From contig CAVSBQ010000002.1 in assembly GCA_963726265.1 (NCBI GenBank), forward strand, positions 262,486 to 326,485: a stretch of 64,000 nucleotides of DNA. The letters run 5' to 3'. The position numbers were made by a program, and so were the translations under genes. The notes beneath the pieces are model-generated. The model was given only the letters and a program-made list of their open reading frames with translations. It ran no database searches and was not told the DNA's origin. This document shows positions 25,332 through 38,131 of this stretch, one piece after another (within the stretch, counting starts at the first letter, position 1; every line of letters starts with the position of its first letter). Source of the stretch: Candidatus Aenigmatarchaeota archaeon (GTDB taxonomy: Archaea > Aenigmatarchaeota > Aenigmatarchaeia > QMZP01 > QMZT01).

Positions 25332-26747
25332 TCACCCGAACAGGAAGAACTCGATGGCGAGCACGCCGCAGGCGGCGAGGATGACCAGGGGTATGACCAG
25401 CAGGCCGAGCTCCGCGAAGCCGCGATACGTTATGGCCTGATCCTTGTCCTTCAGGATCTTCACCCACATTATGCCCGCGAGCGCGCCTATCAGCGTGATG
25501 TTCGCCCCGAGGTTGCTGCCGATTATGAGCGAGAATATCGACGCGAGCTTCGTGCTGGCGGGCATGACGAACTGGGAACTTTCCGTGATTTTCGTGAACA
25601 GCACGGTCATGGGCTGGTTGTTGACCAGGTTGGCGGCGAAGCTGGACAGGAAGCCCATGGACAGGACGGCAACGAAGATGTTGGAGGATATCGAAGAAAA
25701 GAAGGCCGCTGCGGCGTCAGTGACGCCGCTCACGACGAGCGCCTCGACCATTATGAACGAGCACGCGAGAAACGGGATGATTTTCCAGGGCATGCGCTCG
25801 GCTATCATGTGGAGGCGGAATTCATACACCTTGGTCGCACGGCGGCGGAAGTATCTCTGGAAGATGTTGTAGTATTTCAGGTGCTCCTTGTAGTATTCCT
25901 CGAACGCCATTGCGGAATCGTAGACGAAGAGCGCCAGCGCAAAGAGCAGCGAGACCTGCCACATCTCGAGGCCCAGTAATGGCGAAAGGAACAGCGTTAC
26001 CAGCGTGAGGCAGAAGGTCGCGAATGTCACGGCGGCGCAGTTCCTGTCCTTGAGGAAGTCGTCCGGGTTTACGTCCTTCGGGACCCTGAAAGTGATGCTG
26101 ACGTTGTTCCTGAATACGGAATAAAGGAGCGCCAGGCACGTCAGGCCCGCGGCGAGCGTGGGCAGGACCATCCAGAAGGAATATTCGATGATGTTTATGC
26201 CGCTGGCCGAAGCCGCGATGATGTTCGTCGGGTTGCCCACGTAAAGGAACATGCTCCAGATGTTGGCGGCGAAGAACTCGGCTATCAGATAGGGGAGGAC
26301 CCTGATCTTCGCGTGCCTGCCGAAGTAGAAGATGATGGGCGTGAGCGTGAGGATGACGATGTCGTTCGAGGTGAACAGCGTGATGAAGCCGCTGAGGAAG
26401 TAGAAGTAGAAGAACAGCTTGCGCCCGTCGCCGCCCGAGCGCATGATGAGCTTCAGGGCGACGTATTCGAAGAAGCCCGTGCTGTCCAGCGATATCGCGA
26501 TGTACGCGACGGACATGAAGAGGATGATTATGGTGTAGGGGCTGAAGCCCTCCCTTCCGACCAGGGAGGCGAATGCCTGGCCAGGGCTCAGGACTCCGGA
26601 AAGCAGGATTATGAGCACGCCGAGCACGCTGCCGAAGGCGTAATCGAGCTTTAGCCCGCGGCCGATGTATGGGAGCTTTACCGTCGTCGGCCTGATTATG
26701 AAGAATATCGCCACGAGGAAGGCGAGCAGGATGAAGATTATCCCCAT
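25332..26747 (-). CDS. ArsB/NhaD-superfamily ion/anion permease
   Basis: About 12 TM segments. Start placed at ATG 26747 (MGIIFILLAF), with TTAATTTTTATC about 28 nt upstream; the longest ORF extends to 26843. Confidence 0.7.
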   Translation of the reverse strand: MGIIFILLAFLVAIFFIIRPTTVKLPYIGRGLKLDYAFGSVLGVLIILLSGVLSPGQAFASLVGREGFSPYTIIILFMSVAYIAISLDSTGFFEYVALKLIMRSGGDGRKLFFYFYFLSGFITLFTSNDIVILTLTPIIFYFGRHAKIRVLPYLIAEFFAANIWSMFLYVGNPTNIIAASASGINIIEYSFWMVLPTLAAGLTCLALLYSVFRNNVSITFRVPKDVNPDDFLKDRNCAAVTFATFCLTLVTLFLSPLLGLEMWQVSLLFALALFVYDSAMAFEEYYKEHLKYYNIFQRYFRRRATKVYEFRLHMIAERMPWKIIPFLACSFIMVEALVVSGVTDAAAAFFSSISSNIFVAVLSMGFLSSFAANLVNNQPMTVLFTKITESSQFVMPASTKLASIFSLIIGSNLGANITLIGALAGIMWVKILKDKDQAITYRGFAELGLLVIPLVILAACGVLAIEFFLFG

Positions 26748-26866
26748 ATTATCTATTGGGCCGGTGGACTGATAAAAATTAAGGCCTGGGAACCCGGGGA
26801 AGGAAAACTTTAAAAGGCACGGTTCGATAATTTTCTCAAACAAAATGCAGTCATAGGTAGAAATAG

Positions 26867-28396
<1,530 letters not shown>

Positions 28397-28400
28397 TAAT

Positions 28401-29219
28401 ATGACATCGCCAAAAGAGACAGGCCTCGACGGTAAGATTCTGAACATGCTTTCGGGCAGGCCGCTGAACGTCGCGAAGCTCATGCTGAAGGACGGCGAGA
28501 TAGACCACCTGCAGGATTACGCGAACACGGTCTCCATCAAGCGCCTGGGCTACAACGACCACGGCCCGGTCCACATGAGGAAGGTCGTCATTAACGCCCT
28601 CGTGATGATGGACCTGCTCAACAAGGCGGGAGTCAGGTTCAACCTCGAGGACGAAGGCGCAGGCTCGTTCGAGGACAGCAAGATCGCCGTGATGCTGGCG
28701 TCCTTCCTGCACGACATAGGCATGAGCGTCGGCCGCGAAAGGCATGAGAACGCCGCGGCCATGCTGGCGCTCCCCATCCTGGACCGCATCCTCGGCCATG
28801 CATACAGGGACGATCTCCAGCGCAGGGTCATCGTGCGCTCCATGGTCATAGAAGGGATACTCGGCCACATGGGCAGCCAGAAGATCGAATCGCTGGAAGC
28901 CGGCATAATCCTGATAGCGGACGGCTGCGACATGGAGAAAGGACGCGCTCGAATACCGATGATAATCAAGGAGTCGGTAAAGGAATCGGCCGTAGGCAAG
29001 ATGGGCGACATCCACAAGTATTCCTCGTCCTCGATACAGAAGGTCACGATAGAGAAAGGCCAGGAACGGCCGATAAAAATCACGGTCGAGATGGATTCTC
29101 CCGTGGGGTTCTTCCAGGTCGAGGAAGTCCTGCTGAAGAAAATCAACTCGAGCCCGGTCAAGCCGCACATCGAGCTTTACGCCGGCGTCGCGGGCCAGAA
29201 GATGAAGTGCTACCTGTAG
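28401..29219 (+). CDS. HD-domain phosphohydrolase
   Basis: H...HD motif (FLHDIGMS) plus downstream His/Asp residues. 272 aa. Confidence 0.7.
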   Translation: MTSPKETGLDGKILNMLSGRPLNVAKLMLKDGEIDHLQDYANTVSIKRLGYNDHGPVHMRKVVINALVMMDLLNKAGVRFNLEDEGAGSFEDSKIAVMLASFLHDIGMSVGRERHENAAAMLALPILDRILGHAYRDDLQRRVIVRSMVIEGILGHMGSQKIESLEAGIILIADGCDMEKGRARIPMIIKESVKESAVGKMGDIHKYSSSSIQKVTIEKGQERPIKITVEMDSPVGFFQVEEVLLKKINSSPVKPHIELYAGVAGQKMKCYL

Positions 29220-29272
29220 TGCCACGCAAAGAAAAGGTTATTAAATTTAACGGCAAAATATAGTTGTTCTCC

Positions 29273-30576
<1,304 letters not shown>

Positions 30577-32473
30577 TTATCTTTTCTGCTTGATTTTGCC
30601 GAGCTCTACGTTTAGCTCGCCCATCACGATGGCGGGGTTTATCTTCCCTCTCACTTTCTGCATGACCAGGCCCAGGAGGATTTTTTCGCCGCGCTCGTCG
30701 CCGATGAGCTCCTTGTTTTCATCGAGCGTATTATGGATTATTATCCTGAGGTCTTCGATGCTCAGCGGGCGGATTTTCGTCTTCCTGATGGCGTTGTCTA
30801 TGTGTATGTCTGGGTGCGCAGCGAGCTCTTTCAGCACGCCGGGAATCGCTTCCTTCGTGAGCCTGCCTTCCTTCAGCTTTTCGAACAGCGCGATGAAGTG
30901 GCTTTCCTGAAGTTTTTCCACATCTATGCCTTCTTTCCTTTTCAGGTAGGGCAGCGTGGATACCAGCGTGGTCGCGATGACCTTCGGGTCCGCGCCAGTC
31001 CTGACAAGCGCGTCGAAAAGCTGCTTCTTCCCAGCCTTGACCACCTGCTTAGTTATCTCCTTGCTTATGCGGAATTTGCGGACAAGCTCCTTGGCGTGGC
31101 GCTCCTCCTTCTCTTCCAGGAGTTCGGGAAGGCTCTTCCTGATTTCCGCGAGTTTGTGGTGCGTGATTCTTATCGGCGGGACGTCGGTCTCCGGGTAAAG
31201 CCTTGCCGCCCCGGGCAGCGGGCGCATGAATTCGGTGTCGCCGTTCTCCAGCGCCTTTCTCACTTCCTGCGGCACGCCGTCGACAAGCTGGTTTATGCGC
31301 CCTGCGACTATGCCCATCACTTTCTCGACGGCGTCCTTTTCGCCGACCGCGATTATGAGCGTGTCGCCTGCGCCCGCTTTCATCTCGTGCTTCAGCTTCT
31401 CGAAGTCCTTCGTCGAGCCTGTATTTTTCCAGGTCCTCGTCGCTGTGTATTATGCCTTTCAGCTCGGATTTCGCCCTGACGTAATTCGCTATCTCATTCC
31501 CCAGCGTTCGCGTCGGCGTGAGCTGCCTTTTGAGGAAGCCCGCGAAACCCGGGATAAGGATTGCATACGTCGCCTTGTCCCTGGTTATCTTCGATTCCGA
31601 GCCTTTGAAAATATGCGAAACATGAACGACTTTCGGTTTCACGTGTTTGAAGCCGCTTTTGTGCAGCTCGTCCTTTATCGCGAGCAGGTTCGCCTGACGC
31701 AGCATCTCGTTCCCGACGAGCTTCGGAATCATCTTCAGCTCCTGCGCGCCCTTTATCTCGACGCGTCGCGCCTCCGCGATGGAAACGTTGATGTCCTGGC
31801 GAATCGTTCCCAGGCCGCGCTTGACCCTTTCCGTAGAGCGGACAATCATGCCAAGTTTCTCCGCGACCTCGCGCGCCTGCTCTGGCGAGCGGATGTCGGG
31901 CGACGTGCCTATCTCGACGAGCGGGATGCCGAGCCTGTCGAGCCCGTAGAACACGCGGTTCCCCTCTCTCCCCATTATCTGGCAGCTCTCCTCCTCAAGG
32001 CAGATGTTCGCTATGCCGACCTCGCCGAACGACGTCTTCATCTTCCCGTCCAGCCCTGCCACAGCGGTTCTCTGGAAGCCCGAGGTGTTCGAGCCATCCA
32101 AAACAGTCTTCCTCATCACGTGGATTTCTTCAGGCACCTCGCATTTGAGCATCCCGGCTACGGTCAGGACAATATCAAGCGCCTCCGCATTCATCGCATG
32201 CGGGGGCTCCTCATCCAGCTCAATAAGGCAGGTTTCTTCAGGATAGACCCTGTAGACGAACTCCGTTCCTTTGGCCACTTCGCCGAGCGCGGCCACATCG
32301 ATTTCGCCGGTCTCGCCCGCGACCACGCGCAGCCTGCGCACGACCTCAGCCTGCGGCTTCGCTTCCGAAAAGCGAGCCCTGCAGCCGCAGAAGAGCTTGC
32401 GCTCCGTGTCGAGCTGCTGGTGGATTTCGATGCCGCATTTCAGCCTTAACTTTGAATAGTCGATTTCACTCAT
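30577..32473 (-). CDS. gatE: Glu-tRNA(Gln) amidotransferase subunit E; +1 frame disruption near 31405
   Basis: The N-terminal 474-aa ORF is GatE-like up to ...IIHSDEDLEKY. The rest (FEKLKHEMKAGAGDTLIIAV... through the YqeY-like tail) continues in the 268-aa ORF one frame over. Confidence 0.85.
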
Positions 32474-33055
32474 TCAATCATTCTCCAAAAGCTTTATTGT
32501 ATGATTCAGCAGAGTTTTGTATGTCTGGACCTTATTCCTGATAGTTTTTTTGATTTCAGGAAAGAAAATCTTTTTCTCCATGTCCCTGTCAATTTTTTCA
32601 GAAATCCATTCAAAAGTTTCCTTTAGCCCAATATCGTTTCTCTTTGCAATCCAAGGTAAAATGAGAAACCTATCTATATGCCCCAGAGCGTCGGCTGTGG
32701 CGAGTATCTTCGCTTCCAGACTCTTAGGGAGATACCCGTCTCTGCACCGATGTGAAATTATCGCATTGGAAACCTTTTTTATCATGTCTTCCGGATAACC
32801 CATCTTTCTCATTATCCTTTCAGCTTCCATCGCCCCCGTAATATGGTGGTCCTCGTTTCCGTGGCTCTCTATTGTGTTGTCATGAAGCCAAGCAGCTATT
32901 TCGACGACCTCTTTGTTCGCCCCGAATTTCCTGGCCATATCAAGCGAATATTTCACAACGGGTTTTACATGAAACCTGAAAAAAAGTTTCGAAAGCTCAT
33001 CATATTTTTTTGAATTCTCCAGAGCAATTTTCTTGATTTCTTCGATTCTATTCAT
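32474..33055 (-). CDS. HD-domain hydrolase (193 aa), AT-rich
   Basis: WLHD motif with flanking His residues and a distal ATADALGH. Its stop codon directly abuts the gatE ATG. Confidence 0.7.
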   Translation of the reverse strand: MNRIEEIKKIALENSKKYDELSKLFFRFHVKPVVKYSLDMARKFGANKEVVEIAAWLHDNTIESHGNEDHHITGAMEAERIMRKMGYPEDMIKKVSNAIISHRCRDGYLPKSLEAKILATADALGHIDRFLILPWIAKRNDIGLKETFEWISEKIDRDMEKKIFFPEIKKTIRNKVQTYKTLLNHTIKLLEND

Positions 33056-33076
33056 TCAATCCCTCTGCAGATATTC

Positions 33077-33634
33077 TTAGCGGACATCCTTGATGCTCCT
33101 CAGGACTTTGAGATAAATCTTTTCAAGCTTCATCTCCTTTACTTTCTTTTCAAGGTATTTTTTGTCCAGCCCCTTTCCCTGCTTAAGCAATACGTATTTC
33201 GCATCAGTCAGATCTTTTTCGCTTCTGAATAGCAGTTTGAATACCACCACATCTTCTGGTGAATTTATCCAGACTTTTTGCCCGTAAAAATTCACTTTCC
33301 TTCTTCTTCTGAACGTTTCCCTGCCGAGTTCCGTGTAAACGCCCTTGACATCAAGCCTGTACGGAGACTTGTCATCAAAAACCGTGAAATGACTTTTCTC
33401 GTCGAGCGCGAGTTTCACGCCGTCCTCGTCAACGGAAAAGTGGTTTTTCTTGAGGAAACCGGCGAATTCGCCGATTCTGCCACCAAGTTGTATGACGATG
33501 TCGATGTCGGCGCTAGTCCTCGGCATCCCATAGTAAGCGACGCTTACGGCTCCGACCAGCATGTACGGGATTTTTTTCTCGTTCAGAAACCTCGTGACAA
33601 TCCTTATGATTTCATCGTATCCTCTCATGTGCAT
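33077..33634 (-). CDS. Minimal nucleotidyltransferase-fold protein (MNT/DUF6036-like)
   Basis: LVGAVSVAYYGMPRTSADIDIVI resembles the G-x-S...D-x-D NTase core of small archaeal/bacterial NTases. AT-rich. Confidence 0.6.
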   Translation of the reverse strand: MHMRGYDEIIRIVTRFLNEKKIPYMLVGAVSVAYYGMPRTSADIDIVIQLGGRIGEFAGFLKKNHFSVDEDGVKLALDEKSHFTVFDDKSPYRLDVKGVYTELGRETFRRRRKVNFYGQKVWINSPEDVVVFKLLFRSEKDLTDAKYVLLKQGKGLDKKYLEKKVKEMKLEKIYLKVLRSIKDVR

Positions 33635-33830
33635 CCCCGTTTCTGTAAATCTTTTTCAGTTCAATGACCAGCTCTTTCTCGCTGATTTTTGGTTTTTTTG
33701 CTCTGATGGAACCTATGCAAATATTCATCACGGCCCTGTTCATGTCAGCCATCGCCTCAAGCGACCTGCTGCCGTGCAGCTTTCTCATCTGCCTGACTTC
33801 GGGCATCAGTTCCCTTTTTTCATGGCTCAT
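33612..33830 (-). CDS. Small hypothetical protein (72 aa) upstream of the NTase-like gene
   Basis: The ATG at 33830 overlaps the gatD stop as ATGA. 23-nt overlap with the NTase-like gene. Taken from an internal Met of the 173-aa track ORF. Confidence 0.45.
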   Translation of the reverse strand: MSHEKRELMPEVRQMRKLHGSRSLEAMADMNRAVMNICIGSIRAKKPKISEKELVIELKKIYRNGDAHERIR

Positions 33831-35213
33831 TGCCCTGCCTCGCTTAGTTTTTTTGCAGAAAAAGCATCCGTTTCCGTGCGGGTCGTTATCTCGCCCGCAT
33901 AGCTCGTGCGCATCATCTCCCTGATTTTTTCCATGCTTTTCGTCTTGCCGAGCACCCACATGAGCTTTATGTATGCAGTTTCGGTGAGCATGTCCTCGCC
34001 GGGTATCGCTCCGGATTCTATGAAAAGCTTGCGCAGGTTCGTGTAGACGTAAGGATTGACCCTGCCGTAAATCGTCTGTGACGTGACGACAAACGGAATC
34101 GCTTCCGAATGCTTTTTGATTATGGTCGTCCACGGCTTGCTCGAGACCTCGGTAGGCACGTGGCCCATGCCCGTCCCCTCGATGACGAAGCCCTTCGCGC
34201 CGTTCTTTACGTGATGCTCGATGACATTCGGGTGCGAGCCCGGATAGGCCCTGAGGATTGCGACGTTCGGCTCGATTTTCGCGTCGACCTCCACTCGTTT
34301 TTTATCGTCCCTTTTCCTGTGATTCGCGTTCGTTATTTCCATTCTTCCGCTGGGAAATATCTTCGCCAGCGCGGCCTCGTTTATGGGCTGGAAGGCGTCG
34401 CGCCTGGTCGTGTGCATTTTCCTGACCTTCGTCCCGCGGATGAAATGGCAGTAGTCGTCGTTCGTGCTGCCATGCATGCACACCCCGACCTCGGCGATGT
34501 CCGAGATCGCTATGCGCGAAGCGCATATGAGGTTCATGCCAGCGTCGGAAGAGCCGCGGTCGCTGGAGCGCTGCGCGCCGACCAGAACGACTGGCTTGTA
34601 AAGGTTGCGCAGGAAAAAGGACAACGCCGCGGAAGTGTAGTGCAGCGTGTCCGTGCCGTGCGTGATTATAACGCCTTTCTTGCCAACGTTCAGCTCCTTC
34701 GCGACGTGCCTCGCTATTTTTGCCCAGTCCATCGGGCTCCATGTCCTCGCTCATCTTGTTGAGCGGGCTGGACATCTCAAGGTTGACTATGTGAGAAAGC
34801 TCGGGGATGTTGTGCAGAAGTTCTTTGGGATTCTCGACTGCGTAGACGCCGCCTGTCCTGTAATCCACGCGGGAAGCGATGGTGCCGCCCGTCGAGATGA
34901 GCGCGACTTTCGGCTTGTTCGCGTCGAACCTGACCTCGAGCAGGCTTTTGTTCGTCCTGCCGAACTCGTATTTCGCTTCCTCACCGACTTCCCTGGGCTC
35001 GCGCTCATGAGACTTCGCAATCTTCAGGCCGGCCATGTCAAAGCCGACGTTGTAGCCGCTGTCGAGCTTGATGATAACCGTCTTCTCGTCCCCGTGCAAT
35101 GGCTTCGGCATGAGCAGGCCGGCGTATTTCTTCCCATCTTTCTCGACAAGGACCCTGTCGCCGACGGCTATTTTCTTGTCGTCAAGAATCCGCTGTATTT
35201 CGTGAGAATACAT
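33827..35213 (-). CDS. gatD: Glu-tRNA(Gln) amidotransferase subunit D; +1 frame disruption near 34733
   Basis: The N-terminal part (MYSHEIQRILDD...ALISTGGTIASRVDY...SEDMEP) is in one frame. The asparaginase-like remainder (DWAKIARHV...ITHGTDTLHYT...) is one frame over. Confidence 0.85.
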
Positions 35214-35238
35214 AATTAGAATATGCCGCAAGTTTATA

Positions 35239-36132
35239 TTAAACTTGCATTCTGGTGATATAATCTTTAAGTTTATTATAAAAATCTGTGTGCAACGGAA
35301 TACCGCTTTCGGCCGCAACCATCGCATTAAACGTGGCCTCTTCATATCTTTTCATGACGCCTAAAGGTAAGGAATGGCCATACCAGGCCAGAAGGTTTTT
35401 CTTGTTAAGTGATATCGCTTTCCTAAAAAGCCTTTCCGCAACTTCGTAATTCCTGTGCGCGTAATAACAGGAACCAATGTTGTAATAGATTTCAGAAAAG
35501 GCCTCTTCCCTGCTCATGCCGCTCATGAAAAAGCCGTAATCAAGTTCTGTTCTTGAATTGTATTTTTCCCAGACAGCGTCATCCATGAATTCGCTCCAGT
35601 TGGGATGGAAACTCTTACGGGTTCCATCGCTTCCGTTCCATATCAGATAGCAGTGATATTTGTCAGGAGACCATGTCCTGGTCTTGGCCAGCGATATGGG
35701 AAAATCCATTTTCTCCCTCAGTTTTTCCCCGACGTCAAGGTGTATGAAACAGGAAACATCACAGTCCAGCATTTTGCTGTCCAGTGCCTCACCCAGTAAC
35801 ATGACATTTTTACCGGTATTGAATTTGGGTTTTTGGTTCATAATTTCGTTAATTATCAACATGTTTTCAGGGCCTTTCTCCGGCCTGCATCTTTCCATCG
35901 CCGTTTCTGCGATGTCCGAAAGGATTTCGCGCGCATTGCTCAGGCTGAAATTGTAGCCGATGCCACTTGAATAACGGTGCTCGACGGTTACAGCGGCGTC
36001 CCCGAAGGTTTTCCTTTCCAAAATCCCGATCTCTGGATCCTTCTTATCAGATGCGACGCTGCCGAAAACAGCTAGGCCTGCGCCTGCTATTGTCACATCC
36101 TTCAGGAATTCCCTTCGTCTGATGACTGCCAT
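35239..36132 (-). CDS. Secreted hypothetical protein with a twin-arginine (Tat) signal and a TPR-like C-terminus
   Basis: MAVIRRREFLKDVTIAGAGLAVFGSVA fits RRxFLK plus an h-region. C-terminal YYAHRNYEVAERLFRKAISLN is TPR-like. AT-rich. Confidence 0.6.
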   Translation of the reverse strand: MAVIRRREFLKDVTIAGAGLAVFGSVASDKKDPEIGILERKTFGDAAVTVEHRYSSGIGYNFSLSNAREILSDIAETAMERCRPEKGPENMLIINEIMNQKPKFNTGKNVMLLGEALDSKMLDCDVSCFIHLDVGEKLREKMDFPISLAKTRTWSPDKYHCYLIWNGSDGTRKSFHPNWSEFMDDAVWEKYNSRTELDYGFFMSGMSREEAFSEIYYNIGSCYYAHRNYEVAERLFRKAISLNKKNLLAWYGHSLPLGVMKRYEEATFNAMVAAESGIPLHTDFYNKLKDYITRMQV

Positions 36133-36178
36133 GCTTTAGACTTTGTCCAAAAATTTTAAAAACAGATGCGGAAGGGCT

Positions 36179-36445
36179 TCATACCTTTACGCGTGCCATC
36201 CTGGGCCCGAAGAAAATCCCAGGGTTGTCGCTAAAGGAATAACCTTCTTCCCTTTTATCTTTCAGAACTTCCCGTAAATAGTGATTGAATTCATACCTTC
36301 CAAGAGGCATCAAACCGCATTCACTTTCTGCTATGCGCTGCAGGGAAAAAACGTACATCTCAGGCCAGCCGTGATTTATTTCACGGTAGTGTTCAAGCGC
36401 CTTTGAAATCGATCTTCTTATCAAATGACCGGAAAGCAAATCCAT
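36179..36445 (-). CDS. Hypothetical protein (88 aa)
   Basis: ORF with an ATG in an AT-rich patch; no recognised domain. Confidence 0.4.
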   Translation of the reverse strand: MDLLSGHLIRRSISKALEHYREINHGWPEMYVFSLQRIAESECGLMPLGRYEFNHYLREVLKDKREEGYSFSDNPGIFFGPRMARVKV

Positions 36446-36513
36446 TCCATCTTATTGCCCGAAAATTTTTTAAATGTATACTATGCCAGAACGGGCGGGT
36501 TTTACGCGAGTTT

Positions 36514-38073
36514 TTAAGCGAACTCGCCCAAGGCCATCTGCTTCTTTGCGTGTCGTCTGCGCGGCGGCTCGGCGGCTTCGCCGCGCATCTCGTAAAGCGT
36601 CTTCCTCATGACGCTTTCCTTCCTCTGCGCGGTCCAGTAATACGCCTCGTCGCGCGTATGCTTGGCTATGAGAATGATTATCCTGCCGACCTTCGTTCTT
36701 CCCACCCGTCCGCGGCGCTGGATGGAACGAATCTCGCTGGGAACCGGCTCGTAGAAAATGGCGAGCTCCATTTCCGGGATATCGATGCCCTCCTCCCCTA
36801 TTGATGTCGTGACCAAGACATTGTATGTGCCTTCCCTGAATTCATCGATGCGCTGCTTCTGCTCGAGCTGCGACATCCCATCCTTCTGCCCCATGAACTC
36901 GCCCGGCCTCGCGCCGTCGACGTTCGAGAGCGTCTTCACGAGCTCCCTTACCATCTCCCTGTAGTTGGCGAACAGTATTATTTTCGAATCGGGTTTTGCG
37001 CGCAGCTGGCTGCTGATGATTTCGCTGAGCTTCGCCATCTTAGGATGCTTGCGCCCCTCGGCTTCAAGCGCCTCGGCCAGCTTCATCGCCCTAAGCACGC
37101 CTTTGTCGCGCAGCACGCTTCTCGACGACCTTGCCTTGTCCGACGAAAGCTTGCGAAAATAGTTCCAGAGCGAGGTTATGCCCTGCGTCTCAAGCAGGCC
37201 GAGAGCGTGCTCGAGCTTTATCGCCTGCGCGACGAGCGACACGCCCCAGAATTTCCTGAAGTCCCTCGACGGGTTGGCCATGAGCTTGCCCTGGAGTTCG
37301 ATCAGGTCGCGCTTGCTGATGATGCCGACGGGCTTGTTGAAGCCGATTTTTTTGAGCTTCTCCAGCCTGTCCATGTAGGCTTTCCTCAGATGCTTCCCGA
37401 GCTCAACGAAAGCGTCAGGCAGGTTGACGTAAACCCACTCGACCTGCTTCTCCTGGACCCAAGGCCCGACGTCATGGTCGCTTTCCGTGCGTATCTCCAC
37501 GTCGCGTATGCCGAGGTTGTCCATTATCGTCTTTATCTTCGCCTTCGTTCCTCCTGGCGAGGCAGTGAGGCCGAGAATCCTCCTGTTCTTCGCCTGCTCC
37601 GCATAAACCTTCGCTATGAACGGGTAAGCGTAATCGCCTATCGAATGATGCGCTTCATCGAAAACCAGAAGCGAGAAATCTGACAAATCGAGCCTTTTTT
37701 CCTGGAGGTCGTTCTCTATGGTCTGAGGCGTCGCGAAAATGATGCTGGCATTTTTGTAGAGCTCCTGCCTGCTCTCCGGCTTCGTCTTGCCGGTCACGAG
37801 CACAAAACTGTCATCGGGTAAATCGATGACGCGCCTGAACGAGCCGAGATGCTGTTCGGTTAGCGGCCTGGTCGGGGCCATGACCAGCACTTTCGAGCCC
37901 GGGAATTTCTGCAGACGGAAAACAGACAGCGCAATCGCTATCGGAGTCTTGCCCAGTCCCGTTGGTAACACGCAGAGCAGGTCGCTGGCTACCGCGCGGC
38001 CGAGAATCGCCTCCTGGTACAGCCGGGATTCCAGCGTGCCCTTCTTTATCATCGGATGTTCGACGAATGCCAT
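36514..38073 (-). CDS. hef: Hef/FANCM (ERCC4-related) superfamily-2 helicase, helicase module only
   Basis: RLYQ, LPTGLGKT, DEAHH, TASPG and QRRGRVGR motifs. Start placed at ATG 38073 (MAFVEHPMI), clear of the upstream gene. No ERCC4 nuclease or HhH domain. Confidence 0.8.
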   Translation of the reverse strand: MAFVEHPMIKKGTLESRLYQEAILGRAVASDLLCVLPTGLGKTPIAIALSVFRLQKFPGSKVLVMAPTRPLTEQHLGSFRRVIDLPDDSFVLVTGKTKPESRQELYKNASIIFATPQTIENDLQEKRLDLSDFSLLVFDEAHHSIGDYAYPFIAKVYAEQAKNRRILGLTASPGGTKAKIKTIMDNLGIRDVEIRTESDHDVGPWVQEKQVEWVYVNLPDAFVELGKHLRKAYMDRLEKLKKIGFNKPVGIISKRDLIELQGKLMANPSRDFRKFWGVSLVAQAIKLEHALGLLETQGITSLWNYFRKLSSDKARSSRSVLRDKGVLRAMKLAEALEAEGRKHPKMAKLSEIISSQLRAKPDSKIILFANYREMVRELVKTLSNVDGARPGEFMGQKDGMSQLEQKQRIDEFREGTYNVLVTTSIGEEGIDIPEMELAIFYEPVPSEIRSIQRRGRVGRTKVGRIIILIAKHTRDEAYYWTAQRKESVMRKTLYEMRGEAAEPPRRRHAKKQMALGEFA

Positions 38074-38131
38074 GTAAATGCACTGAATAAGAAATCGCAG
38101 GAGGTCATAAAAAGTTTGACAAGGCGGCAAA

